Positions 1 through 13,496 of a stretch of 64,000 bases of DNA are shown in pieces. Each line of letters starts with the position of its first letter. Position 1 is the first letter of the stretch. Below the pieces are notes generated by a model. It was not told where the DNA came from. It made no database searches and worked only from the letters and a program-made list of their open reading frames with translations. The DNA comes from Vermamoeba vermiformis (taxonomy: Eukaryota), in NCBI GenBank assembly GCA_045837725.1, contig JBEWZL010000056.1, forward strand, positions 124,001 to 188,000. Reading direction: 5' to 3'. The position numbers were made by a program, and so were the translations under genes.

Positions 1-89
1 TTGGGCATAGCCTTGCTGGCAGGGAACATACGTGTACCCCAGCCAGCAATAGGAATAACGGCCTTGCGAATCTTTTGGTGAGTAGCCAT
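1..89 (-). CDS. galU: 5' end of bacterial-type UTP--glucose-1-phosphate uridylyltransferase (GalU/GalF family); continues off the window
   Basis: Minus-strand translation from ATG 89: MATHQKIRKAVIPIAGWGTRMFPASKAMP, matching the GalU N-terminal signature KAVIPxAGxGTRxxPxxKAxPKE. Confidence 0.8.
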   Translation of the reverse strand, partial: MATHQKIRKAVIPIAGWGTRMFPASKAMP

Positions 90-1289
90 TTGTGTTTAAC
101 GATTGATGCGCTAATAAAAAATCGTCCAGATCACGTACCCAGCAATAGTACTAAAAAAAGATTCTGGAGGAAAATAATGGTCTCCCAGGAAGTAATTTAA
201 TTATAAATCGTATAGAAAATCGAGTTAAATAAAAATAACACGAGCCGGAGTTGTTGAAATGAAACTTTCGTCAGATTGGTACGTGAATCAATTTAATGTG
301 CAATAATGGGACTATGCTCGTGTCCCGTGTACTTGGTCGATAATAGAAAGGTTTGAGCTGTGTTATGTAATTCAATTGCGTATGCGAATAAAATTTATTG
401 AGCGAAAGTTACTATTTTTGGATTCTTCAGCCCTGATAACGGCGTGCAAGCAAATTGTACAGTATACTATTATTTTATTCACGAGGCCTCAAGTCCTTTG
501 TAATATATTATTTTTCTAGTTGGACGAAGGTAAATTTCAACAACAGATACGGCAAACTTGATGGACCGTTGCTCGTGTGGATGTAAAGTTCTAGAAGTCA
601 AAAACATTTAATATGGATTGTATAATACAGCAAAATATATTGAATGCACGAACCGCGAATCAGCTAGCAAATAGTCAAAAAAGAATCATGAAAATTAAAT
701 CTAGATCTTACGAAGCGCTTTAAATATTTACAGACCAACGAGCAACGGTTGTCAAGCTACCAATAATAATTGATAATTATAACAAGTTATTATTCAAATT
801 GAAAAGCGGAATCATTTGAAATCTGGCACTACAAGCGTTTTTTTATTATACGTTACTGCTGCGTATAATACAATAATATAAGATATAATTTGGAAACTAT
901 AATATTGATTTAAACCCGCTTTGTAATTACAAGATTTTTTTCTCATCGAGCGAATTTTTTGATCGTTTCAAAAATAGGGCAGCGTGACGGACAAATACAA
1001 ATCAGATCCTATTGATTTGTATACAGTGGAAGATTGATATAAACAGCAAGAGTAGGTTAATTTGAATTGCTAAAGGAGGTAAATCTGCATAAATATTTTT
1101 CGGGGCCTTCATACAGATTCGCAAACCTTTTATAGTTGCAAATTAGAACGAACGTACTCTACAGTAATTTATTTTCCTATTTTTAATTAAAAGCACGAAA
1201 CCCCAATTCCCCTCGTTGAAATCTGGAGTCTTAGCTGCTTTCGTTTATTTTGCTACAAAATTTTTAATTATGCTTCTATTAGACTCCTA

Positions 1290-4200
1290 ATGTCAGAAAT
1301 CAAACCTTCCGCGAGTTCTCCAGTCCTTACTGCCCAAGGATCGCCCAGAACACCTAAGAAGTTGGCCGACTCTGGCGGCAAATCTGACAAAACAAGACCA
1401 CCACCAGTATCGCCAAGAGGACTTACAGGCTCAGGAGGTGTAAATATTAGTTACAGCTCACCTGCTGGATCGCAGCCTAGTTCCCCGAGTAATTCATTGA
1501 AGCGATCAGCCTCGTTTAGACTTCCAGACGAGAGCAGCCAATCATGGCGAACTATTACTATGCCCGGCAATAAGACAGAACGGCGACGGTCGGTCAACTT
1601 AAAAACTGCACCTGAGCCTAAAAAGGTAAATCCATCCGACGTTTAGTGCACTTCCGAAATAACAGATTATTCATAATACTCTCGAACAATGTTTGTCAAT
1701 ATTTATTTTAAGCGCAGTATAACCTTTAAATATTCAAATTGCTTTCGAGTTGAATTAGTTCGTAAATTTATCAATTCCATTTGCTAACGATAATTAAATA
1801 TGCAGATTACCGATGATTTCTTAAAAGAAGATAGCTTGGAGATTTGGCGGCCAAACCTGTACAGATCGACCTCGGAAACGAGTTTGACTAAAGCTTGGAA
1901 GGATGGCGAAGATAGAGTACGTGTATTTATACTGTTATTACCAGTACTAATGCGTTTGTAGGTGCAAGGAATGACTGTCACAGCATTAGAAGCAGCTCTT
2001 AAAGAGTCGATCTTCGATCCGAAATTCTATAAACGACAGCGAAGCGACTCATTACCAGTAGACTTCGTATTCTTCTCTAACGACGAAGAAGAAGCACTAA
2101 TAGGATATCAAGAAAAATTGAATGCAGCACCCTCAATGTAAGTAGCGGATCTGGTCTCTAGTCATCCTTTACACGCGACGTGCAAATGCTTGATATTCTT
2201 AATGGCACTTTATAAATATCATAGACGTCTTCTAATATAAATATACAATAGTGCTCGTATTCGTAAAGCCCGTGAGCGTGGAGAATCAATCAGTAATTCC
2301 AGCGGTAGCGGTGATATTTCAATGTCAATAACAAACGGAGATTTAGACGATTCTGACGATGAGGATGATGTTATGGTACGTAATGTCATCTATATATGGC
2401 TGGTAACTAATATACAATTCTAGCGCGAGGCCTCTGAGGTCCGGTTAGCCGCTGAGGAGTTGCAACTGCCCGATGATGTCTTCAGTATAACTCACGAGGA
2501 ATTACTTAAAAGAATGACTGATGAAGAAAAAGAGGTACGAGCAATCATTATTAATAAGGCCTATTTAATTAACCAATAATTCTAGGATTTGTTAAATATT
2601 GTGGTGGACGATCAAGGTCACATTGAATCAGGAACCATTCGAGCGTTGATTAGACGTCTCACTAGTCACTTGCAAGAAGCAGAGTTTTTGGACTCGTTTA
2701 TGTATACATATGATATTTTCATCGACGCCTACACACTGCTAAAGGCGTTGATATTGCTCTATCGATGCCCAATCACCTCTTCGACACCCTTGCAGAACTC
2801 TTCAATGATCAGCAGTAGCAGCGCGCCTAACATTAGCTCGACAACCGGGCCATTGTCAATGCCTGCAGTTGCTGCAGACGATGCCAAGGCTCAGCGTAGG
2901 TCGAGTGTCACCAACACGAGCATCAGTATTGGCACGAACAGACGACCTTCCATGACTGATGCCCAAGGAGAATCTACCTCGACTCCTCAATCACCAACGC
3001 TTCGCGGGTTGGCTCCGAAACTGCCGTCGAAGCATCAATTTGCTTCACGAAGTACTGGAAACCTTATCGAGCTCGCTAAAATGAAGGAGGAATTGAGTCA
3101 ACAACGGCTGAGTGGTGACGGTAAGATTAATGAAACACCTCGTAGCAGTCAAGCTAACGTCTTTTAGACATGGATGGACCAATGTGGTCACGGCCTTCAC
3201 TCAATCCTCTGTCTCCAACGACCGCGAACCCCGAAGATCCGCAACAACGACAAAAAGTTGTCCTTCAGTTCAGAATCATCAAAGCTATTGGACGATGGAT
3301 CGAACTTCGCTACGAGAAGCTACGACATAACAAGAAATGGAAAGTTCTGTTCAAGAATTTCACTGAAAGGCTGAGCCAAGGTACTGCGAAAGAGAAGAGT
3401 TGGGCGACCAATTTGATTGGCACACGAGTAAGTCTAGCTTAGTCAAGTATGAGGCACGTTAGTAACTGTCGGATACATTACAGAAAGAAGTACAAGACCA
3501 ACGAAAACAAATTCGTAAGACCATCAAGGCTTCAATTATTACACATCCGCCAATGCCTTCGCGACCGGTTGAATTTTTGGACTTGTCTCTTGAAGACCTA
3601 ACCAAGCAAATGACATTAATCGATCAAAGATACTTCTTCAATATCAAGCTTAAAGAGTACGCCAATAAGGTAAGCATTAAAGATTTCATTCGCAAGACTT
3701 GTAAAATTTTGCCGATGATTTGAGTCAATTCAATATCTAATGCTATCATGTTTAGGGATGGACGCGCGATAATAGTGCCAGTCTCAGTCCTAATTTGTTG
3801 AAGTTCATCGACCACTTCAATCAAAATTCATACTGGGTTGCAAGCACGATCATTTTGGCTCCTGGATGTGGTGAAGCTGGACCGAAGCAGCGAGCAGCCA
3901 TCATTACACGATATATTCAGATGATGGAGGTACGGAATAATTATACATTTAATTTCTCGTGTTTCAGAAATAACGACTGACACTTGCTTTTTCTGCTGGC
4001 ACGTGTCACAAATCTTCCGAAATCAGATCCCTAACTCCGATTAGCAATTTATTGTTATATCAATACTTTATTAACGCAATCATATTATTGCAGCTTTTTA
4101 AGGAACTCAACAATTTCAACGCGATCCAACAAATTTTCTCTGCTCTAAACATGAGCTGCGTAGAACGATTAAAGAAAGCTTGGGGCTGCGTGCAACCAAA

Positions 4201-6586
4201 GTATATGAAGATATTTGAAGAGATGGGCAAGTTCGTCTCGCAGTCATTCTCCTACAAAGAGTACAGGTACGCGAATCCACTACTTCCAAATATGGAAAGT
4301 CTTGGTTACTAATCGTTATTTTACTTGAATAGAGAGTATTTGGAGTACCGCGTCCAGCCGCCCATTATTCCTCTACAAGAAGTTATTCTGCGCGATTTGT
4401 TCTTTATTGAAGAAAATCCAAACTTAGATCCGGAGCGAGATAACTGGGTCAACTTTGATAAGATGGCTATGTTAGGCAAAGGTAATCATTACGTCACTGT
4501 GTCTACTATTTCCCATATTTAGTCACATTATTGCGATTTCATGTTTCCGCAAACAACGGCTCAATTCTGAAATTGAGATCCAGGATCTGTTGCCATCGTT
4601 TCTTAAACAGCTAGTTTATAGTAATTAACGATATCGTATTATAGTCTTTGAGCAAATTCGAAGATGCCAGCGAACTCCGTACAAGTTCAAAGAAGATCCA
4701 GTCATCCAGTACTACTTGGCCAACCGAATCATTCTCAAAGAGACGGATCTGTTTATTGGCTCAAAGACAGCTGAGCCTAAGCTCGATCCGCAAGTCGAAA
4801 TGAAAAAGCGCGAGCAAGAGAAGAAACAACGTAAAATTGAGAAGCAACACGAACGCGCAGCTGAAAAGGCAAAGAAAATTGAAGCTAAAGAGGAAAAGAA
4901 GAAGAAGAAAGAACAAGAGGTAAGTCATATATAGTACTATTAGATAAGGATATTAGCGTTAATTTTAATCCACCTGGATGCGCACAACGTGCCGCAAGAT
5001 GATTTTGGCACGCGATCTGGATCGAGTTTCGGTATTTTTGCATTTCAGTTTCGAAATAAGCATTATATTCACTCATCCTCGTTAATATTCTACGATCAAC
5101 TACGTCGTACTCCGCGAACGAAATTATCCAAACAAGGAAAAATTTCGATACGCTTTAAATAGCAGCAAATTATTTAACGTATTCGCAATCAATTAAATTT
5201 AACCGTAAAAGTAATATATATGGATTAGATACGGCTATAAGTGATTAATTGAGCCATGATCGATTGCGTGCCATTGAAATTGAATTAAAATCACAAAATT
5301 TATCGGTTGGGTAATGGAGTTATTTTAGACATGCCCAAATAATGAATTACGACTTTTCTTAAGACTCTTATTCGCTAAAAGAATTTTAGGCGTTGTCATT
5401 TCATTTTAATATTTTGATTTGCGCCGTCTCTGTGTTTTACTAGATTTAGCTAAATCATTTCTCCGTACTCGGCCAAGGATTTCGCTCGTCAAATCTATGG
5501 CAGTGTACTATGACGTCAGTATGTCGCGTGTTGTCGTCATCGATCCCTTTTTTGTCGTATTTGAAAAGCGAATCTGGATGCGGTTGATGAATCCTTAATT
5601 GCTTTATTTTCGCGTGCTATAAATTTATTCCTAATCTAGACATCGAATCAATTTGATTTACCAGTTTGAGTTAATTAAAGCTAATACGAGAAGTGCCAAC
5701 TAATTTAGTACTTTGTAACGCTGATCGACCTAAGAAACAATCAAATTATTGTTCCCTAGATGTACATCCACCTATTAATTCACAAACTGACTGTTTGTAT
5801 TATTACCAGCTCAAGAAGCGCGAGAAGAAGTCAGATCCGGTAAGTAATTACTTAACCGCTGTCAAAAAAAATCGACAGGAAATCTACGAATATTCTTTTT
5901 GAAATCCATCCATTTATAACAGAGTTATTTTAATCGTATTCAAATGAATCAACAATTAAACCTATTTGCTCGTTTACTAATGAAAAACTTTTCACTAGGC
6001 GTTGGTAAAGCCTAACTCGCAAAAGACACTGGATGACGTGCTTATTGATCGAAAGACCTACCTGGAATTCGAGGCGTTTATGAAAACAAAGTAAGTTAAT
6101 GGATTGTTAATAAGAGCGGATGAACCGCGTAATCAGATGTTAATCCGCACCTCATTAGGTACGCTGAGGAGAACTTGGAATTCTACGAAAGCGTGCATAA
6201 TGTATTCAAAAGGCTTAATTTCGACGATAAAAGTCCTGAGAATCTAAAACGAATCAAAGGTACGTAAATTGGCGGATGAATCCAAAAATGTCAAACTAAG
6301 ATCGACATTACTATAAGATCAATCAACGAGAATTTACGATAAATTCGTCAAAAACGACGCAGAGTTCCAGATTAATATCGGAGAAGACACGAGAGAGTTG
6401 ATTGGTATGTGTTTTAGTCGCTTTACTATTTTTGCTCCCACATCTAACTTTTCCGTCACTTTAGTTCGTGTTTGTCAAACTAGCGAGCATCCTACGAAAG
6501 ATCTGTTCGACGTCGCAGCGTTAGAAGTCAAGTTTAACGTTCTCGGGCCGAATTTTAACGAGTTTATCAAATCGTCCACAAAATAA
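1290..6586 (+). CDS. Multi-exon Ras guanine-nucleotide exchange factor (REM + CDC25) with C-terminal RGS domain
   Basis: REM motif IESGTIRALIRRLT...FLDSFMYTY; CDC25 motifs QMTLIDQRYF, FIDHFNQNSYWVASTI, ELNNFNAIQQIFSALNMSCVERLKKAW, PPIIP..VILRDLFFIEE..VNFDK; spliced RGS motif LDDVL..FEAFMKTKYAEENLEFY..IYDKFV..QINI; 30-nt micro-exon at 5810-5839. Confidence 0.9.
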
Positions 6587-7100
6587 CAAAAATAGACGCA
6601 GCCAGATCTGAAAAACGAGTTTTTAAATCGTGTTTTGTACATTATTAGGGTAGCCTACGTGATTGTATTTGTTGCTTAATAAATAAATGTATTAAGAAAA
6701 CATTGCCAAGAAAGAAAATTCTATCACGGGTCGTATATTTATTTTGCCAAACTGCCGTCGGATGAGGATCCGGAGGAGTCAAACTCGGATTGTAGCCATA
6801 TACCGTGATCATATTGATTCATTCGTATTTCAATATCGCTTGACATCCTTGTAACCGGGAAGAAAATTCCGAAGTTCAGATCTACACGTGGCCAATGGCG
6901 TGCTGCCAACACATTCTCATTATCCGAGATAGAAACATGAAACCATTTTATCATCTATTTCAATTTATTTATATTTTTAAGGGCATCAAGCTATTTATTA
7001 CGCGCATCCACCAATACGAAGCGAAAGAGAGACGAAAGGATCGATTACGTTATTGAACTTTGCAACTATTTGATCCAGTATATGATCGTAGTATTTAACA

Positions 7101-7788
7101 ATGAATTCAGAACAACTAATTCTACAAAAAATCATACAAACTGGTTTATTAAACGACGGAGACCAAATCTGCTATCAAAATGAACAAGGTAATTGCAACG
7201 ATCTGAAAGTATCATATTTCTGTGCCTATTTTTACAAATTATACTGCAGTACGCGGCATTCGATTCAGTTACCTTTTGACCCTCGTGGGTAAATCTGCCA
7301 ATTAATAATTTATTTTGTTAATCAGTCTGTTTCAATAACGGTCTGATCCATTCATTGCATTATTTATACATTATATTTACCGGCACTAAGTACCTTTATA
7401 CCTCCTCATTATATAAACTATTTTAGAAAGGCCTACGCAGGGTTTATAAATCGAATTCCTTTTTAATGAGGACAAGGTCTACAATATAAATTACATTTTT
7501 CGTGTCTACGCGTTATTAATATGATTTATAGGACTATTGACGAAAGCTGGAACAGTTTACTACGAAGAAAAACATTTTCAGTCAGTTTCCGAGTGGATCT
7601 TCGACCTAAATCGACGAATGGGCTTTGCAGATGAAGAATATCCGTGGGCTAAAGCATCTGTACGTGGCTTGCCGTTAGAAAATTACAGAGCGAGACTTGC
7701 GGAGGCGGATGGAGTGGTTCCCGAAGCAAAACAAAGCGGACTAACCGATTTCAAAACATCGCAGTCACGTAGCTCTGGCAGCAAGTAA
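7101..7788 (+). CDS. RAMA-domain protein (exons 7101-7188 and 7532-7784); may be the 5' part of the next gene
   Basis: Spliced LQKIIQTGLLNDGDQICYQNEQGLLTKAGTVYYEEKHFQSVSEWIFDLNRRMG..YPWAKASVRGLPLENYR resembles the MPND-type RAMA pattern (L..G.L..G...G.L...G.I......F.S.S.W.......W..V...G..L..Y); ends at an AA|GTAAGT donor. Confidence 0.65.
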
Positions 7789-8443
7789 GTCCTTATTCTT
7801 ATGTATCACATAGAGCCTTAGTTATTTTCCTTTGGTATAAGCGTCAAGCGGATAAAAATTGAATTGCGATTCCTAATTTAGAATTGAAATTTAAACGAAT
7901 CGCAACAGGCACGGAACTCCTGTCTTTTGATTAAAACACGCAAAGCAAATATATAACATAGATTCTTACTATTATACTACGGTATTTTCGCTATTTATAA
8001 AGAAATTCAGATCTGCAACGCTTTGGCGTAAAATCGTGATATCCTTGTGCCCGCTTATTGCGCACATTACCGCCTTAAATAATCATAAGTGCCAGTATAT
8101 TAGGTGTTAATAAACCGTAGGAGAAAGGATCCGCCGGGAAAAACGCACACAATTTTGATAAATTACCTTTTATAGAAATTAACCTCGCGTGTTGGACGAA
8201 TGAACACCAATAGCGACACTCCACGTTATTTTTTCGCTATTTTCGGTTTTGCTGCCATTTTTACATAAATTACGTATGCGGTGACATATATATGCGAAAT
8301 ACCCTTGTGTGAATGATTATTCACATCTGATCAAGCAGCACTGCCAGCAAATAATAAATTATACCGCAGTAACCGATCCGTATTCCAATCAACCAAGGAA
8401 TAATATTATATTACGGAGCTGCAATATTGCTTCAAATTTAATA

Positions 8444-10861
8444 ATGAGCTCTTCAAGCAGAAAAAGAAAAAACGACTCTGCAGACAGCGCATCTTACGAC
8501 GAAGATAGCGATAATAATCGAAAACAACGAAAATTAAATGGAGGAGATGTGGCACAGCATCGATATACCAACGACGCAGCCTCTTTTCAATCGAGCCCAT
8601 CTGCATCTTGCAAGTATCCAAATTGTATGGTTTGCAACAAAGGATTACCTTCGCACTTTAATACCCAGTCACCGACATGGTAAGTACTTCTTAATTAATT
8701 GGTTTATATTGAATTAAATTACTAGTGTGGCAAGATCAAATTTAATTAATTCACTAAAATTAATATTCTTTCTTAGGGCTGATATCCTTCAAGTCGTCCT
8801 TTATGCCCTCGGTGTTAGCCATCCCCAGAAGGAGTTCTTCTCGCTAGGCAAAGAGATATACGATTACATAGATGTCCACTGGGATAAGCTATCCGCCAAG
8901 CCTCGTATGCTGATTGATTTCTATTTAACTTGATTGAACCATTCTCACTAAGTTATGACTATCTAGGCAGCTCAACATGGAAGCAAACAGCAAAAATGAC
9001 TCTTGCGCACTCCCGTTATGCAAATCTATTTGAAAACGGATACGATATTTTCATGAAGACCGGATTCTGGCGTTTGAAGAAACAAAGCAATCCTTATGAG
9101 ATGTCCGGGCTTGCCGGCACGAGTAGACCCTCAAACGACATTCCGGATCGCGCTGAAGAACCGCCAAGGTAAGTTTGCTGGATTTGGCAATTTATGATAG
9201 GAGTTATGGATATTTCATCCGCAATTTGAATTAAATAATCTCATTATGGAGATACTCGCAATCAATATACTCATATCTTTCCGTTAACTAGCGAGGAATC
9301 AGACCAGGAGTTACGAGCAGATCGAAGCTGGTAAGTTTCATTTTCGGCTGGTTTATCCTCCGTTCGATTATTTAATGAATTAACCTTAGGGAAAGCAACG
9401 GAAACAAACTTAACTCGCCTCCAGCATATAAAATTAATTACTTGCTCGCCGAAAATGCTCCGCAACCAACCATCCCAAATCTGACAGCTTACAGCAATTC
9501 AGCAATGCAAATGCCTCCGCCACCAATGCCCCCTCAATTCTATAACTCGTACAACGCATTCCAAAAGCCTCAGATGAATAGTCCGCCTTCTCAGTTCAAT
9601 ACAATTAAGCGTAAGTACAGTATCCGCAGCAAATACTGAAATATTGGAATTATGACTATTTTGTTAATTATATTATCACTTTGATCATAATTGGCACGTC
9701 TTAGCCTTAACTAACGAATCACTTAAATTTAGCCAATGATTTCATCTCACAAGCGCCGACGAGCTCGAATTTTTATCCGCCAGTGCACGCCAGCGCCCCC
9801 AACAACGGTCAAAATATACCGCCATTGCCTCATGCGTTCTTCTCTCGGAGGTTCTCGGTGGATGAAGGAGCTAAAACGCTCGAGGATTTGGTAAGTCACG
9901 TGACAAGCTGGATCTATTTTTGGGCCAGGATAAAATATCCTTTTTGGGAAAGCGTGGCTAGATTCAGGCAAAATCAATCAATTTATATTTACGCGCATAA
10001 TTTACTATTATGTAATAACAGAATTCTGATGATTCATTTTAGCGAAACGCGTCGAATTTTGGCGTACCTGAAAGTGATTCAAATTTTTATCCTCAACAAC
10101 ACCGACTACCAGATGTAAATAACAGTCATATCGATAATGGCGCGCCGGTGCATCCAACCCAAGACCTGGTGTTGAACAATTCGCAAATCAAAGAAGAACA
10201 AATTGAAGCTGCAGTTCAAAAACAACAGGCTTCATCGGCCAATGCCTCACCGACTCAAATCCCTGCGGCTCCGCAACGACGAAGAAGCGTTCAATATGAT
10301 TCAACAAACAATTTTGCCGTTCCCGAAAGCAGATCGACTTTGCGGAGTTCATCGACTCTGCTCCAAGTTGATGGATATGTTAACACTAACGGAGCTGCCG
10401 AGCAATACCAACGATCAATTAGTTTAGAAGACGAGCTTAAGAGCAAAAATCAATTGATCTCGAAGCTTTACGAAGAATTGGATAGTTACAAAAAGCACGC
10501 GGAAAGCCTGCGCCAAACGCTGGAAGATCGAGATCGCATGAACAAGGAGCTGAGCAATGTCGTAGCAACGCTGCAGTCACAATTGCAAAAAGAACAAGAG
10601 AATGCACAGATGTACCAACAAGTCGCGAAGTATAATGAAGAGCAGCGGATTCGATTGGAAAGTGTGTACAAGCAAATGAACGATTTGATGGGACGGCCGC
10701 CTACTAGGAGTCCAGATCAGATGCGACAGTATCCGTTCGGCGCGGGCATAATGAATGTTGCGGCAACTCCGAATGGGGATGCCCGATCCGGCGGATTTCA
10801 GTCGCTGAACACATCTGGAGGAAAAATGTCGCCTGATGTTGATAACCTGCGGTACTCGTAG
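8444..10861 (+). CDS. Putative transcription factor: Cx4Cx2C + Ash2L-like winged helix, Pro/Gln-rich middle, C-terminal coiled coil
   Basis: Spliced CKYPNCMVC..TWADILQVVLYAL..KEFFSLGKEIYDYIDVHWDKL..SSTWKQTAKMTLAH..LFENG..GFWRL resembles the Ash2L WH domain; NLS RKRK; heptad-rich region about 10430-10680. Confidence 0.65.
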
Positions 10862-11520
10862 CAAATAACGAGAACCGAAGAAATAATAACGTTTGATGTA
10901 ATATAAGCCGATGTACAAAATTAAACCGAGTTAAACTAACTTTCTTTCGTGGATCGCGAACATCGAGTCCCTAATACGTATCATTCAACTCTCTATGTAC
11001 AGTAGCTCGAGCTGTGCACCAATAGGGTAAATTAGATTCTGGCGGGTTTTGACAGCGCACAAATCTACCAATCCGAATACTTTCAAAGCGGCCGGTAAAA
11101 TTTTCTGATTTATTCTCGCTGGTGTGAACGTTTCAATATAACGTTCTGCATCTTTATTGCTGCTATGCAACGACTTAGGCAGAATAAAAATTCAGAAAAA
11201 TTAATGCAAGGTTTCTCCGAGGAAACGCACTAATATAATAACCCCTTTTCGCAGGAGATAGGTTAATAAAGCAAGTCAAAGTATTTTGTTGGTCTACGGT
11301 GGCGTCGTAGCTAGCTATTTTGGCTATTGTAATCTCGTTTACGTACTTTTTAAACTGGCGAGGAATGTTACATCAATTCTCTATGATAGGTTTGTTAGGT
11401 GTAGTACTATTGCACGTGTTTGTTTTTAGATCTAAAGTTGCTAGACTGTTTATGACCTTTCAAATCAAAAAGAACACACAAGCTGATCCATAAAATTATT
11501 ATTGAACATAAACGCAATTG

Positions 11521-13253
11521 ATGAATATTTTAGAGCTACCAAGCGATATAATTAAAGAGATCTGGACGTTTATTTGCAAAGTGGAAGATATAATTCGGTA
11601 ATTAACGCTCCAAAAATAAATAGAATGATTAAATAATATCCATATTAACATAGTCTCAATATTAATAACTCCAGGTATTTTTTGAGGTGATGTAATATTT
11701 TTTAACCTGCTCTTTTTTTCACGCAGCTTTGGATCGACGTGCAAACGAATACAATCATTATCATTTGAAGTTGAAAGAAGTATATATCTTAGCCAACACC
11801 ATCCTATCGAGATTTGGAAGAGTATTCTCACGCGAGATCTGCGACATCTGCGAAAATTGTTAATTTTCCACTCAGTCACTGGACTTACTAAATATGAACA
11901 CGACAACGTCTCTAATTTATTTGACCATTTTACAGTCCTTTCAACGCTGCAGAATCTGAAAGATTTGGAAGTGATATTTGTGGCCAAAAAAAATTCGCCG
12001 TGGGAACGACAATTTACGGATCTGACCCAAATTATCAAAAAAATGACGCACATTGAGCGCTTGTACGCTTGGTTTCCTTTATCTGACGAAATTGGCGAGA
12101 TCTTCAAAAACCACGTGAAACTGACAAATTTGACTGTTGGGCTCGACAATTCAAGTAAGCAATCTCCCAACCGTTTTGAATAATTCGTTTTCAATACCTT
12201 GCAAATTAATCCTGAGTAACAATATATTAATATTTGTGTTCGGCAAATTCATACCAATGAAATTATATTAATTAATTTGATTAATCGGCGCGCTGATCTG
12301 CAGCTTTTTTTGGTTTATTTTTGATTAATATTATACTATAGACACTGGCTACGATAAACTTACGCAACTGAAAGCCTTAGACCTGCCATCGGATGCGGAC
12401 GACGATGTCTTCAAACAAGTGCTGCAATTAACCAACTTGACAGCTCTAAAAATATACCATGGCAGCATATCACGCGAGATGCTGAGGCAGATATCCAAAT
12501 TGACTAATTTGGAAAAAGTTACGATCCAACGTCGGAAGTACTTCGCGTTTTTGCCTAAATTAAGCAACTTGTCGATTGATTTGGAATGTGATGTGACAGA
12601 TCACGAATACGACTTATTAAATACGCTCACATTATTGACAACTTTAAAATTTCATCGTCGGGAAGTAAATTTGCATCAACTATCCAACCTGACCAATCTG
12701 CAAAGACTTACTATTCACGGACACATGGAAAATTCAGTGGACTTTTCAGCGTTCAAAAAATTGACACGTCTGTCGCTCAAGCAAAGGATTAAGCACATCC
12801 AACTTCCGCAAGGACTAAAGACACTCAACATGTATGTATCAGACGTCAAGACTACGATGGCAGTCGTATGCAATGTGGAGAGTATTGAAGAGCTGTCATT
12901 CTTTTGGCCAGGTGTAGCAGATCCAGATCCGTCCGTTGCGCAGCTCAGCCGATTGACCAATCTTCGTCGGTTGACTTTTAGAAATGGATATCCCAAAGGT
13001 ACATTGTATTAGATCGTTAATCGCATTTGATCTAGATCAAGATCTGAGAATTATTTTATTAGGAGTATTCTACAGCCTAACTGGGCTTTCTGCACTACGA
13101 GTGATGCAAATAGCTGAAATAGCAGACAAGGACGTCGCTGAAATCCAACAACTAACGCAGCTTTGTGAACTTACTGCGGGTTACTTCTGCTCTCCGCTCA
13201 GCTTGAAGGTCCTTCGTCAAAAATTACCTTTCGTTACTGTTTATCAATCTTAA
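11521..13253 (+). CDS. F-box + leucine-rich repeat protein
   Basis: N-terminal ILELPSDIIKEIWTFI F-box motif; repeated LxxLTNLxxLxL units; GT-AG introns join the track ORFs at 11857, 12419 and 12984. Confidence 0.8.
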
Positions 13254-13496
13254 TGCGTTGATTTATTACGTATTGCCATCCTTAATTGAACAAAGCACGC
13301 ATCGCGGAGTTAATAAAGATCAGTTTCAGTGATTTGGCCATTGTATTTAGCTCCATTGCTATTACTTGGTAGAATTTTTCGAAGCTCAAAAACGTGGATC
13401 AAGCGTTTAAAAATTACGCGTGTCAAGGTTTAAAAATAACAATTGAATTAATTTTATTATTTTAATCAAGTACTTGCAACAGTATATCAAGTCAAA

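Noticed and set aside
11499-12194. 231-aa minus-strand ORF and similar antisense ORFs (e.g. 10577-10918, 50567-50965, 62248-62709)
   Set aside because: Shadows of well-supported genes on the opposite strand, with no recognisable motifs
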